Shown here: positions 8,580 through 18,665 of the stretch, piece after piece
Numbering within the stretch: the stretch's first letter is position 1
Layout of the letters: every line of letters starts with the position of its first letter
DNA from: an uncultured bacterium
GTDB lineage: Bacteria > Chloroflexota > UBA5177 > JANWHV01
DNA length: 64,000 bases
Assembly: GCA_963729625.1 (NCBI GenBank)
Contig: CAVSOU010000008.1
Span: 768,001 to 832,000, forward strand
Reading direction: 5' to 3'
Position numbers and translations under genes: made by a program
The notes under the pieces: generated by a model
Database searches by the model: none
What the model was told of the DNA's origin: nothing
What the model saw: the letters and a program-made list of their open reading frames with translations, nothing else

Positions 8580-9602
8580 TCAAGCCCACTCGATGCGAAA
8601 CAAAAGGCATTCCAGCGCCGGCATTTCTGCTTCCAGGCCGGAGCATGACCCGCCTGAACGTATCACGCGAATGCGCTTGCCACCGGCCTCGAGCACTTCG
8701 ACGGACCTCGCCGGCAGCTTCCAGTCGATCTCAGCCGTTCGCGCCAGGCGACATCGGTTGCTCACGCGAACGAGCGCGCACCTGCCATCGTGCTCTTCGA
8801 CGAATGCGTCAAGCACTACGTCACGCGGTCGTACCGAGAGCAGCGGCCCGGCGTGAGGCAGCACTCCTTCGACGCACAGGCCGGCGTGAGATCGCAGATT
8901 CCCGACTCCGGGGCTCCTATTAAGCGGCTCCGGGTTGCCCAGTTCCAGCGGAAGCATGTCGAGCGTGGCCATCCGGCTGCCCTTCACCTTAGGCGCCTTA
9001 GCCCGGGGTCGCAGGAGGAAAGTCCTGTAACTGCAGGCGGGAGTCACAGGCACGGCGACTGCCAGGTGCATGCTTGCAGCCAGATGTACGGTGATACAGG
9101 CGCGGGCACACGCCGCTCTCGTCGCGAGGTCGACGGCAAGGATCGCTGCGTTTTCGAGCTCCCACGGATCGATGGCATCCCCCGCGCCGGCGCTTGCTTC
9201 GAGATGCACTGTCTTGCCGCTTGTCCAGACGCTGAGCTCACTGGCGTCCAGACCCGGCGGCAGGGATGCGAGGACGCGCGCCAGCGCGGCCGGCAGATCC
9301 GCCAGTTCGGCGCCCGGCAGGGTAACCACGCGCGGTGCGCAACCGGGCTCGCCAATCCAGCCGTGCGGGACGGGCGCGCCACAGTCGTCTACGAGCTCGT
9401 ACGACGCTGCTTCGTCGATCAGTCGCGGATAGAGATCGATTCGACCTCCCTGCGCGGCAGGAGCGCAGTTCAGCACGGTAACGGCTAGGGTGCGCGGGTC
9501 TTCGGCGCCCGCTATAGCACTGTTCACCAGCGCGGCGAGTCGTGCCGCGAGCGACTGGCCGCCGCTATCGTGCGGAGTTGGCGCATCGTGCGCGCCCATC
9601 AT
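8580..9602 (-). CDS. GH38 alpha-mannosidase-like C-terminal domains without the catalytic domain
   Basis: VTVLN...YELVDDCGAPVP, VPVTPACSYRTF and VVLDAFVEEHDGRCALVRVSN resemble GH38 beta-domains. ATG overlaps the upstream stop. Confidence 0.55.
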   Translation of the reverse strand: MMGAHDAPTPHDSGGQSLAARLAALVNSAIAGAEDPRTLAVTVLNCAPAAQGGRIDLYPRLIDEAASYELVDDCGAPVPHGWIGEPGCAPRVVTLPGAELADLPAALARVLASLPPGLDASELSVWTSGKTVHLEASAGAGDAIDPWELENAAILAVDLATRAACARACITVHLAASMHLAVAVPVTPACSYRTFLLRPRAKAPKVKGSRMATLDMLPLELGNPEPLNRSPGVGNLRSHAGLCVEGVLPHAGPLLSVRPRDVVLDAFVEEHDGRCALVRVSNRCRLARTAEIDWKLPARSVEVLEAGGKRIRVIRSGGSCSGLEAEMPALECLLFRIEWA

Positions 9603-10465
9603 GCGGTCGTGGCTATGACGGTCGGCATCCCAGGCGGGTCGGCGGGGCATTGGTCGGCCGTGCCGCGCCAGCAGCCCACAAGCTGCAGGATGCCCGCGGT
9701 CATGGTGGGCGGGTCATTGCTGTCGGCGGCGGGCGCATAGACTGGAACGATTTCGGCGACCGTGTGCAAATCGAGTTGGTTCACGTACAGGTCCCGCATC
9801 AGGCGAAACCATTCGGCAGCCCCGTCAATCCAGGTGTCATAGTACCGATAGCCATCACGCGCGGGCTCATTGGGCATCGGGCGCAGGTTTCCGAAGTTGT
9901 GCGTTGCCACGGCCTCTCCCTGCGTTCCCGCACGGCTCTCCATTACGAAGAAGGCGAGCGCCACGCCGTCGTCGATCTTGTACTTGTTGCTGAGTGCAAC
10001 GATATGCTCTCCCTGCCCCTGAAGCGGTGACTGATATGCCGCCAGGATACCATCCAGCCGCTCGGCGCTGATCGAGGGACCACCGTCCACGCGCACCGGT
10101 CCGTTCGGCGGCACATACGGCGTGCCGCGGGTCGCGGCAGGGTGCTTCAGGGCCGGCACCGCATGGTGTGCAACAAGCCACCAGACCAGTACAGCCACGA
10201 AACCGAGCTGGGCGGCAACGCGTGCCGGCCCAAGCAAGGGATTTGTTCGCCGGTACTTGTGGTAGTTGCCCTTGGCGCGCCTCCTGGGCAGCACCACCAC
10301 GGTGAGGACGGTCGCGATGCCGCGGAGGGGAGCGACCAGAGCGTTAAGGCGGGATGTCTTTTTAGCGCGCACGCCCTTCCGCGCCACGCGTGGCGCCCGC
10401 GGCCGCACAGGCTCGCTCCGCGAACCCGGTCGCCGGCTGCGATGGGACCCGGTCTGCCCTGCCAC
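9599..10465 (-). CDS. Membrane-anchored glucosaminidase-domain (GH73-like) peptidoglycan hydrolase
   Basis: ALAFFVMESRAG (catalytic Glu), HNFGNLR, YRYYDTWIDG, YAP; TM helix LGFVAVLVWWLVA. Confidence 0.75.
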   Translation of the reverse strand: MAGQTGSHRSRRPGSRSEPVRPRAPRVARKGVRAKKTSRLNALVAPLRGIATVLTVVVLPRRRAKGNYHKYRRTNPLLGPARVAAQLGFVAVLVWWLVAHHAVPALKHPAATRGTPYVPPNGPVRVDGGPSISAERLDGILAAYQSPLQGQGEHIVALSNKYKIDDGVALAFFVMESRAGTQGEAVATHNFGNLRPMPNEPARDGYRYYDTWIDGAAEWFRLMRDLYVNQLDLHTVAEIVPVYAPAADSNDPPTMTAGILQLVGCWRGTADQCPADPPGMPTVIATTA

Positions 10466-10570
10466 GTGCTATGTCACAGCGATCGGACGGGACCTGCGAG
10501 CAGCCTCGCCCGGGCTCGAATCATGCACTGCCGCCGCCGGCAGATCCGCGATCTGGCGCCTCTCCATGCG

Positions 10571-11077
10571 TCATGCTTCGGCATGGACATGCACCTTGAT
10601 ATCCAGAATACGAGCGCCGGTTATGCGGCAAAGATTGGCGGGTGTGATCGGGAAAATGGCATGTGGGGTGCCAGCGGCCGCGAACACGAGGTCGTACTGC
10701 ATGAGGTCGCGATCGAGGACGACAGGGAGGGGCGTGGCGTGCCCGACCGGCGGTACGCCGCCAATGGCGAATCCTGTCGCCTGTCGCACGGCCGCCGCAT
10801 CGGCACGCCTGATATGCGCGCCCACGGCCTGGCCAAGTCGCTCGGTATCGACGCGGTTAGCCCCCGATGTCAGCACCAGCAGCAACGCATCTCCGGCCAC
10901 AAACACCAGCGATTTGACGATGCGCTCGACCGTCGTGCCTATCGCCTGCGCGGCCTCCTCGGCGGTTCGAGTGCTCTGGGAAAACTCCACTATCTCGTCT
11001 GTGATGCCCAGGCTCGCCAGGGCGTCGGCTACGCGCCTGACGGCGGGTCGTGTCGTCGCCTGCTCTTCCACTCCCAC
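10571..11077 (-). CDS. YbaK/EbsC family aminoacyl-tRNA deacylase
   Basis: TRTAEEAA, IVKSLVF, TGFAIGGVPPVGH, AAAG motifs. Confidence 0.92.
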   Translation of the reverse strand: MGVEEQATTRPAVRRVADALASLGITDEIVEFSQSTRTAEEAAQAIGTTVERIVKSLVFVAGDALLLVLTSGANRVDTERLGQAVGAHIRRADAAAVRQATGFAIGGVPPVGHATPLPVVLDRDLMQYDLVFAAAGTPHAIFPITPANLCRITGARILDIKVHVHAEA

Positions 11078-11543
11078 GGCTGCCCCTTTCTGGTGCAGGT
11101 GAGCATCGGGCAGCGCCGTGCGAACCACCGTGCTCGCTTTAGCGTAGCAGTCCTCGCGGCCGGCGGTCGAGCCGGGTTGGAGCCGGCGCGCCAGCATGTG
11201 CAGCATGTGGCAGCGACTTGCCTGAACGTCCCAGTAAACCGTGCCGCTTGGCAATGCACCAAGTACTGTCGTACGGTCCCGGGTCCTTCCAGGCCACGCA
11301 GGCTACCGGGTAGAGACTTTCCGCGCTCCAGGCCGACCGCCAGGTGTTGCCAGCAGCGGCGCAGAATCCCACGGCTGCCGGCGCAGCGTGTCTTCCCGCT
11401 TGTGCGGGAGCAGTGCCAGCACGCCTGTCACGCTGCTCAGGTCGCACGACTGGGCCGTGCCAAGGAGTAGGAGTACAATGCAAACACAGCCAGCGTGCAT
11501 CATCGCGAGTGTGTTGCGAGAAGTGTGAGAGGGGGCTGACGCT

Positions 11544-12131
11544 ATGGCTCAACCAGAACCGCTACCAGAACGTGTCACGGTTGAGGAGTGGCGCCAGATC
11601 CTGAAGAAGAGCAACCTCAAATTCGAGTACCACGATGGGTACTTGGTGGCCATGTCTGGCGGCACTGTGGATCACGCCGACATTGGCTTCAATGCGGTAG
11701 CTGCCCTCCGCCGTGCTCTGCGCGGTAGCGGCTGTCACGCCCATGGATCCGATGCGGCAGTCCGCTTTCAAGCGACGGAATACCGCTTCTGCGACGCCGT
11801 GGTCAGTTGCAATCCCCAAGATCGAGGTGCAGCACAAGAAATACAGACGCCGCGCGTGGTAGTGGAAGTCCTCTCGCCCTCGACAGAACGCGAGGATCGA
11901 ACCGCCAGATATACGCTCGCTCGATCGTGCCCCAGTGTGGACGCCTATGTGCTCATCTGGACACGTTACCAGTGTGTGGAAGTCTATGACCGTGCTGAGC
12001 CGTCCTGGACCCAACGCATCTACTGGCCTGAACAGGAAGCTGAACTACCTAGCCTGGGCATTCGCCTCAGCCTATCGGATCTCTACGCGGAAACCAGCGT
12101 GCCTCGAGACCCGCAGGACGCGTCTGGGTGA
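11544..12131 (+). CDS. Uma2 family endonuclease-like protein
   Basis: FEYHDG..VAMSGG..DH, DAVVSC and VVVEVLSPST motifs. Confidence 0.9.
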   Translation: MAQPEPLPERVTVEEWRQILKKSNLKFEYHDGYLVAMSGGTVDHADIGFNAVAALRRALRGSGCHAHGSDAAVRFQATEYRFCDAVVSCNPQDRGAAQEIQTPRVVVEVLSPSTEREDRTARYTLARSCPSVDAYVLIWTRYQCVEVYDRAEPSWTQRIYWPEQEAELPSLGIRLSLSDLYAETSVPRDPQDASG

Positions 12132-12150
12132 CGTCGCCATCGGGGCGCGA

Positions 12151-13224
12151 TCACGCCAGTCCTGCCGCCTCGGCCACGGCTTCCGGCGTGGCGGGGATGC
12201 GCGTGGGCTGGCCGGCCATGGCGATGGCATAGTCCGGGTCCTTGAGCCCATTTCCGGTGAGAATACATACGGCCGTTGCCTTGCGGTCGAGCTCGCCCGC
12301 GGCTGCCAGCTTGAGCAGGCCGGCCACGCAAGCCGAGGATGCGGGCTCGGCAAAGACACCCTCGCGTGAGGCGAGGAATCGGTACGCTTCCAGGATCTCG
12401 TCCTCGCTCACGGCAGTGAAGCGACCGCCCGACTCGTCGCGCGCTGCAACGGCCGTGGCACGGCTGGCAGGGTTGCCGATCCGGATCGCGGTCGCCGCGG
12501 TTACCGGCTTCTCAACCACGATGCCCCGCACGAGGGCGGCCGAGCCCTCCGCCTGGAAGCCCATCATCTTCGGTAATGTCGGGATGCGCCCAAGGTCGTG
12601 GTAGCGCCGGAAGCCTTTCCAGTAGGCGGTGATGTTGCCGGCGTTGCCCATCGGCAGGCAAAGGTAGTCGGGCGCCCGTCCGAGCGCATCGCATATCTCC
12701 CACGCGCCGGTTTGCTGACCGATGACTCGATGAGGGTTGATGTGGTTGACCAGGGTGGCGGCGCCAGTCTCGGCCAGCGCCCGCACAATGGTCAGTGCAT
12801 CGTCGAAGTTGCCTTCGATGGCCACGACGTTGGCGCCATAGGCAAGAGCCTGCGCCAGTTTGCCAAGCGCGATATAGCCATCCGGTATCACAACCAAAGC
12901 ACGCATGCCTGCGCGGGACGCGTACGCTGCTGCTGAGGCGCTGGTGTTGCCTGTCGACGCGCAGATGACTGCCTTGGCCCCTCCCTCCAAGGCTTTGGCA
13001 ACCGCGAGCACCATGCCGCGATCCTTGAACGAACCGGTAGGGTTGCAGCCTTCCAGCTTGAGAAATACACGATGCATGCCGGTTCGCGCTTCAATTGCAT
13101 GGGCGCGGATCATGGGCGTGTTGCCCTCGCCCAGGCAGATCAACGGAGTCGCGCTTGTCAGCGGCAAGAGCTCCCCATAGGCGCGAAGTAGACCGTTCCG
13201 CTCGGAGTTGCCGCTGATGACCAT
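12151..13224 (-). CDS. thrC: Threonine synthase
   Basis: LGEGNTP, NPTGSFKDRGM (PLP Lys), ASTGNTS, GNAGNITAYW, LTGNGLKDP. Confidence 0.96.
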   Translation of the reverse strand: MVISGNSERNGLLRAYGELLPLTSATPLICLGEGNTPMIRAHAIEARTGMHRVFLKLEGCNPTGSFKDRGMVLAVAKALEGGAKAVICASTGNTSASAAAYASRAGMRALVVIPDGYIALGKLAQALAYGANVVAIEGNFDDALTIVRALAETGAATLVNHINPHRVIGQQTGAWEICDALGRAPDYLCLPMGNAGNITAYWKGFRRYHDLGRIPTLPKMMGFQAEGSAALVRGIVVEKPVTAATAIRIGNPASRATAVAARDESGGRFTAVSEDEILEAYRFLASREGVFAEPASSACVAGLLKLAAAGELDRKATAVCILTGNGLKDPDYAIAMAGQPTRIPATPEAVAEAAGLA

Positions 13225-13562
13225 GGGCTGACCTCATCCTTATCCGCTTGACTGCGTCGGCACCGGAAACGACCTGGTTTCTTTCACGCACGATGCTACC
13301 TGGAACGGCGCCATTCTGGCCAGGCTCCGCGAGTGCCCGGACATCGAATGACGCAGGAGCCGCCAGGTAGACGCTCGGCGTCCTTCAACACAACGGCACT
13401 GCGCGGCTGATCACCAGGTCCGCAAACAGCAAGACATTACACTGTGAGTGTGATATACTTTAGCTCTGGAAAACAATCTTGGCGTGACAGCACGCTGGGA
13501 GACGCGGCTTGAAAACGCCGGATGGGCGTTTTGGCTGCAGTTCGCGAAAGGGGCGTCGCGCG

Positions 13563-13997
13563 GTGAAAACGGCTACGGTGGAAGCAAAACAGGTGTCGAA
13601 ATCGCCCAAGAAGAAGGCTCTGCAACGACAGCTCGAGGATGCCAAGCTTATCCACCTGAAAGCGGAACAGAAGACCGGGAAGCTGCGTGAACGGCTCGAA
13701 CGCGCCGAGGCGCGCCTTGCGAAGGCGGCCGAGGCTTTGGTCGCCGTGCAGGCCCTGCTCGAACAGGCACATGCGCCGGCCGCGGCTGATAGGGGCGCGC
13801 GCGCGCAGGCTGCGGTTCCGAAATCGAGGCCTGCCAAGGCTGAGAAGGCGACGCAGGTGGCTACGCACTCCGCGAAGCCGGCCGGCACGGCAAAGGCGCA
13901 CGCGCCCAAAAAGACCGGCGATCCCGCCTCGAACGGCAAAGCTAGCGAAACGGTCGCGGTCGAGCCGGCAGGAACGGATCCCATTTACACAGGTTAA
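13563..13997 (+). CDS. Lys/Ala-rich basic protein with coiled coil
   Basis: GTG with AAGGGG RBS; extended -10 TGaTATACT near 13451; coiled coil (QLEDAKL...RLERAEARLAKAAEAL) followed by a PAK-rich tail. Confidence 0.6.
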   Translation: MKTATVEAKQVSKSPKKKALQRQLEDAKLIHLKAEQKTGKLRERLERAEARLAKAAEALVAVQALLEQAHAPAAADRGARAQAAVPKSRPAKAEKATQVATHSAKPAGTAKAHAPKKTGDPASNGKASETVAVEPAGTDPIYTG

Positions 13998-14154
13998 GCA
14001 CGCTGGACAGCCGCGGCGCCGCTTCAAGCACGGTGCGATCGAGTGGACACGTATGCATGACTGCGCGCTTGCGACGCGTAGGGCGGGCACGGTCGCATTG
14101 GGCCGGGCAACGTGAGCGGCTCAAACCGGCAACACTCACACGATTGGACTCACA

Positions 14155-15063
14155 ATGCCCCATCAGGAACACACGCCAATAGCCGCGATTGACGTCGGCT
14201 CGAACACCGTTCACGTGCTCGTGGCACGCGTCGAGAGCGGTAGTATTGCGCCGCTACACGACCAGACCGCACTCGTGCGTCTGGCGATGGATATTCAACC
14301 AGATGGCCGGCTTCTGCCCGACAAGATCGACTGGGCGGCCGACGTCATTGGCGAGTTCCATGCCGTGGCGACACGACTTGGCGCCGATCCGGTTCTTCTG
14401 GTCGCCACCAGCGCGGTACGCGAGGCCCCCAACGGAACCGATCTTGTGTCGTTGGTGCGCCACCGATCGTGCCTCGAGCTTCGCATCATTCCCGGCGAAG
14501 AAGAGGCACAGCTGACCTTTGCCGGCGCAACACTGAACAGGGCCCTCCACGGGCGCGTAGGCGTGATCGACAGCGGAGGTGGCAGCACGGAGCTGATACT
14601 GGCGACAGACGGCGCGATCACGGTGGCGCAGTCCGTGCCGGAGGGCGCGGGGCGCACGGTGGAAGCGTTCCTGCCCGACGATCCTCCCACTGCCGCGCAG
14701 CTCTGGCGACTGCGAGCCCATCTCTTTGACGCGCTGTCCGCGCTTCCGCAGCCTGACGTCGATCACCTCGTTCTGACCGGTGGATCGGCCAACAATCTGC
14801 ACAAGATCGCGCGAGGCCGCGACGGCGGTGACAAGCTGTCCATCGGCGAGGCGCAGGAGGTCATGCGTATGCTGGCCAGGACGCCGTCACCCGACGTGGC
14901 ACGCCGGTATGACATCGATCCGCTGCGGGCGCGCACATTGGCCGGAGGCGTTACGATCGTGGTGACACTCTGGGAGCGGAGCGGAATGGAGCACGCAGTG
15001 GTCAGTACGACCGGAATCCGGGAAGGGCTTATCTTGCGGCAGGCCGCTTCCGGGCAACGCTGA
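14155..15063 (+). CDS. ppx: Ppx/GppA family exopolyphosphatase (short form, no HD domain)
   Basis: AAIDVGSNT, ATSAVREA, GEEEA, DSGGGSTE, GIREG. Confidence 0.92.
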   Translation: MPHQEHTPIAAIDVGSNTVHVLVARVESGSIAPLHDQTALVRLAMDIQPDGRLLPDKIDWAADVIGEFHAVATRLGADPVLLVATSAVREAPNGTDLVSLVRHRSCLELRIIPGEEEAQLTFAGATLNRALHGRVGVIDSGGGSTELILATDGAITVAQSVPEGAGRTVEAFLPDDPPTAAQLWRLRAHLFDALSALPQPDVDHLVLTGGSANNLHKIARGRDGGDKLSIGEAQEVMRMLARTPSPDVARRYDIDPLRARTLAGGVTIVVTLWERSGMEHAVVSTTGIREGLILRQAASGQR

Positions 15064-16118
15064 TGGGCAGCGAGGTTCATGGCCTGCAGCCTGAGATGCC
15101 GTTCTGCGCCGCGGCCAGGCCCGCCATTGGCCAGAAACTGGACGAGCTATTCCAGCACGAGGCGGGCACGCGCGCGGGTGACGATGTCGAGGCGTTGCAC
15201 GACATGCGCGTGGCGTCGCGACGGCTACGGGCAGCCATGGATGTGTTCGGCGCTTGCTATCCCGTGAGCCTGTTCAAGCCCCTAGAGAAGCTGGCCAGAT
15301 CCCTGACCAGGGCTCTGGGTGAAGTCCGCGACCGCGACGTGCTGATCGAAGGCCTGGAGCGGCACGCAAAGAAGGCACCCGAGGACGAGAAACCCGGGGT
15401 CGCGGATCTCATCCAGGTGCTTCGCGATGAGCGCGACGGCTATCGCCGCGGGTTGATTCAGACCCTGGACGCGGTCGAGCGCTCCGGCTTCCGCTACAGA
15501 CTTTACGTCCTGCTTATGGGAGAGAGCCACGCGCCCGGCAAGGGAAAGAAGAAAGGCGCGCTGGATCCGCGGACTCTCCTGCAGGAGCATGCACGCATGA
15601 TCGCGGTTGAGCGTGTCGCGGACCTGTACGGCTTCGAGCCGTTCATCAACGATCCGGCCAATGTCACCGAGCTGCATGAAATGCGCATCGCGGCCAAACA
15701 TCTTCGCTACGCGCTGGAGATCTTCCGCGTGTGCTACGGCCCCGATATCGAGGATCGCATCTCCGATATCAAGGATGTTCAAGAGCAGATAGGTGAGATT
15801 CACGACTGCGACGTCCTGGTCGAGGTGCTCAAGCGCCATCTTTCGGTCATTGCGCAACGCATGCAAGAAGAACTGGTGGCGCAGGCGACTGAGCCGATGC
15901 CGCATGAAGAGCGCATGGCGCGCGCTCGCAGGTTGCTCGAGGGTGGCTCAACAGGCGACCCGCGTCCGGGAATCCTGGCGTTGCTCAGCGGGAAGACCGA
16001 CGAGCGCAATCGGCGCTACCGAGATTTCATCTCCTGGTGGAGCGATTGCCAGAGCGGCAACCTGCGGGGAAAACTGTACTCGTGCATCGCGGCGGTCAAC
16101 GGCTTGGCGGAAGCATAG
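15063..16118 (+). CDS. CHAD domain (polyphosphate-binding) protein
   Basis: LHDMRVASRRLRA...LGEVRDRDV and LHEMRIAAKHLRY...IGEIHDCDV; translationally coupled to ppx. Confidence 0.92.
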   Translation: MGSEVHGLQPEMPFCAAARPAIGQKLDELFQHEAGTRAGDDVEALHDMRVASRRLRAAMDVFGACYPVSLFKPLEKLARSLTRALGEVRDRDVLIEGLERHAKKAPEDEKPGVADLIQVLRDERDGYRRGLIQTLDAVERSGFRYRLYVLLMGESHAPGKGKKKGALDPRTLLQEHARMIAVERVADLYGFEPFINDPANVTELHEMRIAAKHLRYALEIFRVCYGPDIEDRISDIKDVQEQIGEIHDCDVLVEVLKRHLSVIAQRMQEELVAQATEPMPHEERMARARRLLEGGSTGDPRPGILALLSGKTDERNRRYRDFISWWSDCQSGNLRGKLYSCIAAVNGLAEA

Positions 16119-16125
16119 CGTCTCT

Positions 16126-16845
16126 ATGCGCATTGCTGCCTTCTCCGATACCCATGGCAACCTGCTGGGTCTGGAAGCGGTGCTGGGCGATATCGCCCAG
16201 CAGGTTGCCTTTGACCAGGTGTTGGTGGCGGGTGATCTTGTCAATGGCGGGCCGCGCCCTGCCGAGACCCTGGCGCGCATCCGGGCTCTCGACTGTCCGG
16301 TCGTCCTCGGCAACACCGACTACTATCTTTTCGCCGACTCCCAGGCGCTGGACGAAGCGGGCCTGAAGCAGTCGGAACGAGCACAAGCTGCCTGGGCCGC
16401 GGAAAAGATCGGACCGGACGGCGTCGCCTATCTCAAGGGTCTGCCGCATCGCTTCCACCTTCCCGGCCCGGATGGCGGCATTCTGATGGTCCACGCCAAT
16501 CTCGACGATCTCGAGCTGCACATCTCTCCCGATGCGGACGAAGCTACGCTGTCGACGCAGCTCGCGGGCGTGGAAGCGGCGGTGCTCGTCTTCGGGCACC
16601 TCCATATCTCCTATCAGCGCCGGGTAGGTAGCCTACTGCTCGTGGATGTGGCGAGCGCCGGGTTTCCACGCGATGGCGACGCGCGCGCGGCCTGGGCTGA
16701 GCTCCGGCACGATGGTCGCGGCTGGGAAGCCGTGCTGCATCGGGTGCCTTATGACATCGAGGCGGTGGTAGCCGATCTGCTCGCCTCGGGCATGCCGCGG
16801 GCGGCGAAACGCGCCAGGGTTCTGCGCGCGGCCAGCTATTCCTGA
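16126..16845 (+). CDS. Calcineurin-like metallophosphoesterase (YfcE-like)
   Basis: SDTHGN, GDLV, GNTD, HAN, FGHLH motifs. Confidence 0.9.
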   Translation: MRIAAFSDTHGNLLGLEAVLGDIAQQVAFDQVLVAGDLVNGGPRPAETLARIRALDCPVVLGNTDYYLFADSQALDEAGLKQSERAQAAWAAEKIGPDGVAYLKGLPHRFHLPGPDGGILMVHANLDDLELHISPDADEATLSTQLAGVEAAVLVFGHLHISYQRRVGSLLLVDVASAGFPRDGDARAAWAELRHDGRGWEAVLHRVPYDIEAVVADLLASGMPRAAKRARVLRAASYS

Positions 16846-16850
16846 GGCGA

Positions 16851-18665
16851 TCAGTCCTCGGTCTCGAACAGAGGCACTTCTCCGGCCAGTGCGAGGACCA
16901 GCATGTCGCCGTTGGCCAACACTGCACCGGGCTTTGGCGCGAAGCTTTCCTCGCTGGGGCGTCTGGCCGGCCGGTGCAGGAGTGGCGCCCCGCCGCGCGC
17001 GGCGGCAACAGCGCTCACCGTCTGGCCGGCCAGCTCGGCGTCTATCTGCATGTAGAGGATGCTCAAGCTGTCGATGCCCGGATGGTCCACCGGCACGCCG
17101 ATGATACGCGGCGCTTCGTGGCTGATTGCCGCGCTGGCGAAGACCGGCGCGCCCAGACTGGCCGTGCTGAAGGCGGCCGGAATATTCAGGCTGCGCCGGG
17201 CCTGCACCGCCAGTTCATGATCGAACACGCGCACGACGACGTGGATGTCGGGCGCGATGGCACGCGCGTTCAGCGCTGCCTCAATGTTGGCCAGGTCGTT
17301 GCTGGTAGCGCAGATGAAGGCGCGGGCGCGCGCGATTTGAGCGCGGTGCAGCGTATCCTCGAACAGTGTGTCGCCGATAACGACTGGAATACCCAGGGCC
17401 CGCACCTGCGAGACGAAGCGTGCATGCTCGGACTCCTCGATTGCCACCACATGCTCGCCGGCCTCATGTAACATGCTGACCACGCGGAAGCCCACCGTGC
17501 CCACCCCCGCCACCACATAGTGATCCTGCTGTTCATCCAGCGGCGCTCCGACGAAGGCGGCGATGCGCTCACTTACCACGGCTTCGGCGATCAGCGCGTA
17601 GATCACGGCCATCAGGACAGCGCCGGTCAGCATCACGAAGACGCCGTAGAGCTTGAGCGCCGTCGATGCGTGGAGCAGATTGATGTCCCCCAACCCCACT
17701 GTCGTGATCAGCGCAGCCGTGAAGTAGACTGCGTTGGAGAGCGCCAGGGGGTAGAACTGTCTGAAGAGAATCACGCTGAGCAGGAAGAGAACGAGCATGA
17801 GCGACACCGCCGCGCGAAGGAAGCGGTTGGTGTGTTTCCAGAGCCGCACCGACTTCCGCCAAATGCTCTGAGAATGCTGGCGCCGCCGCGAAGTCGTGAG
17901 TGCCAGTTGGGTTTCCAGCCATTGTTCGGGATTGCCTGCGTCTCTGGCTGCCGCGACCCATTCAGGATGGCGCCCGAGGCCCCTCAGCCGGGAGGGGTGG
18001 GCGGCGACGAACAGCAAAGCGCCGGCAGGTGGAACGAAGTCCATTGGTGGAAACCAGGTGGTTCTCTCGGGCGTCGTGCAGGCGAGAGTCACCATTCCAA
18101 CCAGGCGCCAGTGTTCAAGCGTCAGAATGGGCGACACGTCGGAGGGAACGACGATGCTGCCGACGGCCCAGGTGGTGCCGCCCAGGGTGAACGCGCCTCT
18201 GAGCCAGGGATTTCGCGCCGCCATTGCAAAGACCGGCGCCACCATGGCGGAGAGGGAGAGCGCTTCGATGCCCACCGGTAGGCTCCTCAGGTGCTCCGCC
18301 ATACGCTGGTTGAAGAGGCGCATCACCACCCGACCCGACAGGTTGAGCTCGCGTGCCGCCAGCGCGGTCTTGAGGCTGGACATGTCGTGGCTGATGGTGA
18401 CGATAACCACGCGTGCGTTTCGCACGCCCGCGAGCTGCAATAGCTCGTAACGCGTGCTGTCGCCGTCGATCACCGGGACTCCGTGGCGGGCGAGCATGCG
18501 CTTGAACGCCGTCGGGGGTCCGCTGTCGATCACGACGATGCGCGCGCCGGCACGCAGGATTGCCTCGGTGACACTCTCGCCGATGCGTCCCAGTCCGCAC
18601 AGCACAACGTGATCGTGCCAGGCGGACGTGTCTTCAGAGGCAATCATCGTGTCGTCGAGCAACAT
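16851..18665 (-). CDS. Potassium channel-like protein with TrkA-N/RCK domains on both sides of a 2-TM pore
   Basis: CGLGRIG and AGVGTVG Rossmann motifs; pore YFTAALITTVGLGD flanked by TM helices. Confidence 0.88.
   Translation of the reverse strand: MLLDDTMIASEDTSAWHDHVVLCGLGRIGESVTEAILRAGARIVVIDSGPPTAFKRMLARHGVPVIDGDSTRYELLQLAGVRNARVVIVTISHDMSSLKTALAARELNLSGRVVMRLFNQRMAEHLRSLPVGIEALSLSAMVAPVFAMAARNPWLRGAFTLGGTTWAVGSIVVPSDVSPILTLEHWRLVGMVTLACTTPERTTWFPPMDFVPPAGALLFVAAHPSRLRGLGRHPEWVAAARDAGNPEQWLETQLALTTSRRRQHSQSIWRKSVRLWKHTNRFLRAAVSLMLVLFLLSVILFRQFYPLALSNAVYFTAALITTVGLGDINLLHASTALKLYGVFVMLTGAVLMAVIYALIAEAVVSERIAAFVGAPLDEQQDHYVVAGVGTVGFRVVSMLHEAGEHVVAIEESEHARFVSQVRALGIPVVIGDTLFEDTLHRAQIARARAFICATSNDLANIEAALNARAIAPDIHVVVRVFDHELAVQARRSLNIPAAFSTASLGAPVFASAAISHEAPRIIGVPVDHPGIDSLSILYMQIDAELAGQTVSAVAAARGGAPLLHRPARRPSEESFAPKPGAVLANGDMLVLALAGEVPLFETED

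Noticed and set aside
10142-11470. Long alternative-frame or antisense ORFs (e.g. 10142-11470, 24056-25168, 35011-36252, 38644-39792, 43163-44299, 48439-49557)
   Set aside because: Shadow ORFs of genuine genes in GC-rich DNA; R/A/G/H-rich with no family motifs.
13225-13450. T-box or attenuator upstream of thrC
   Set aside because: No T-box consensus and no Thr-rich leader peptide found on the minus strand.
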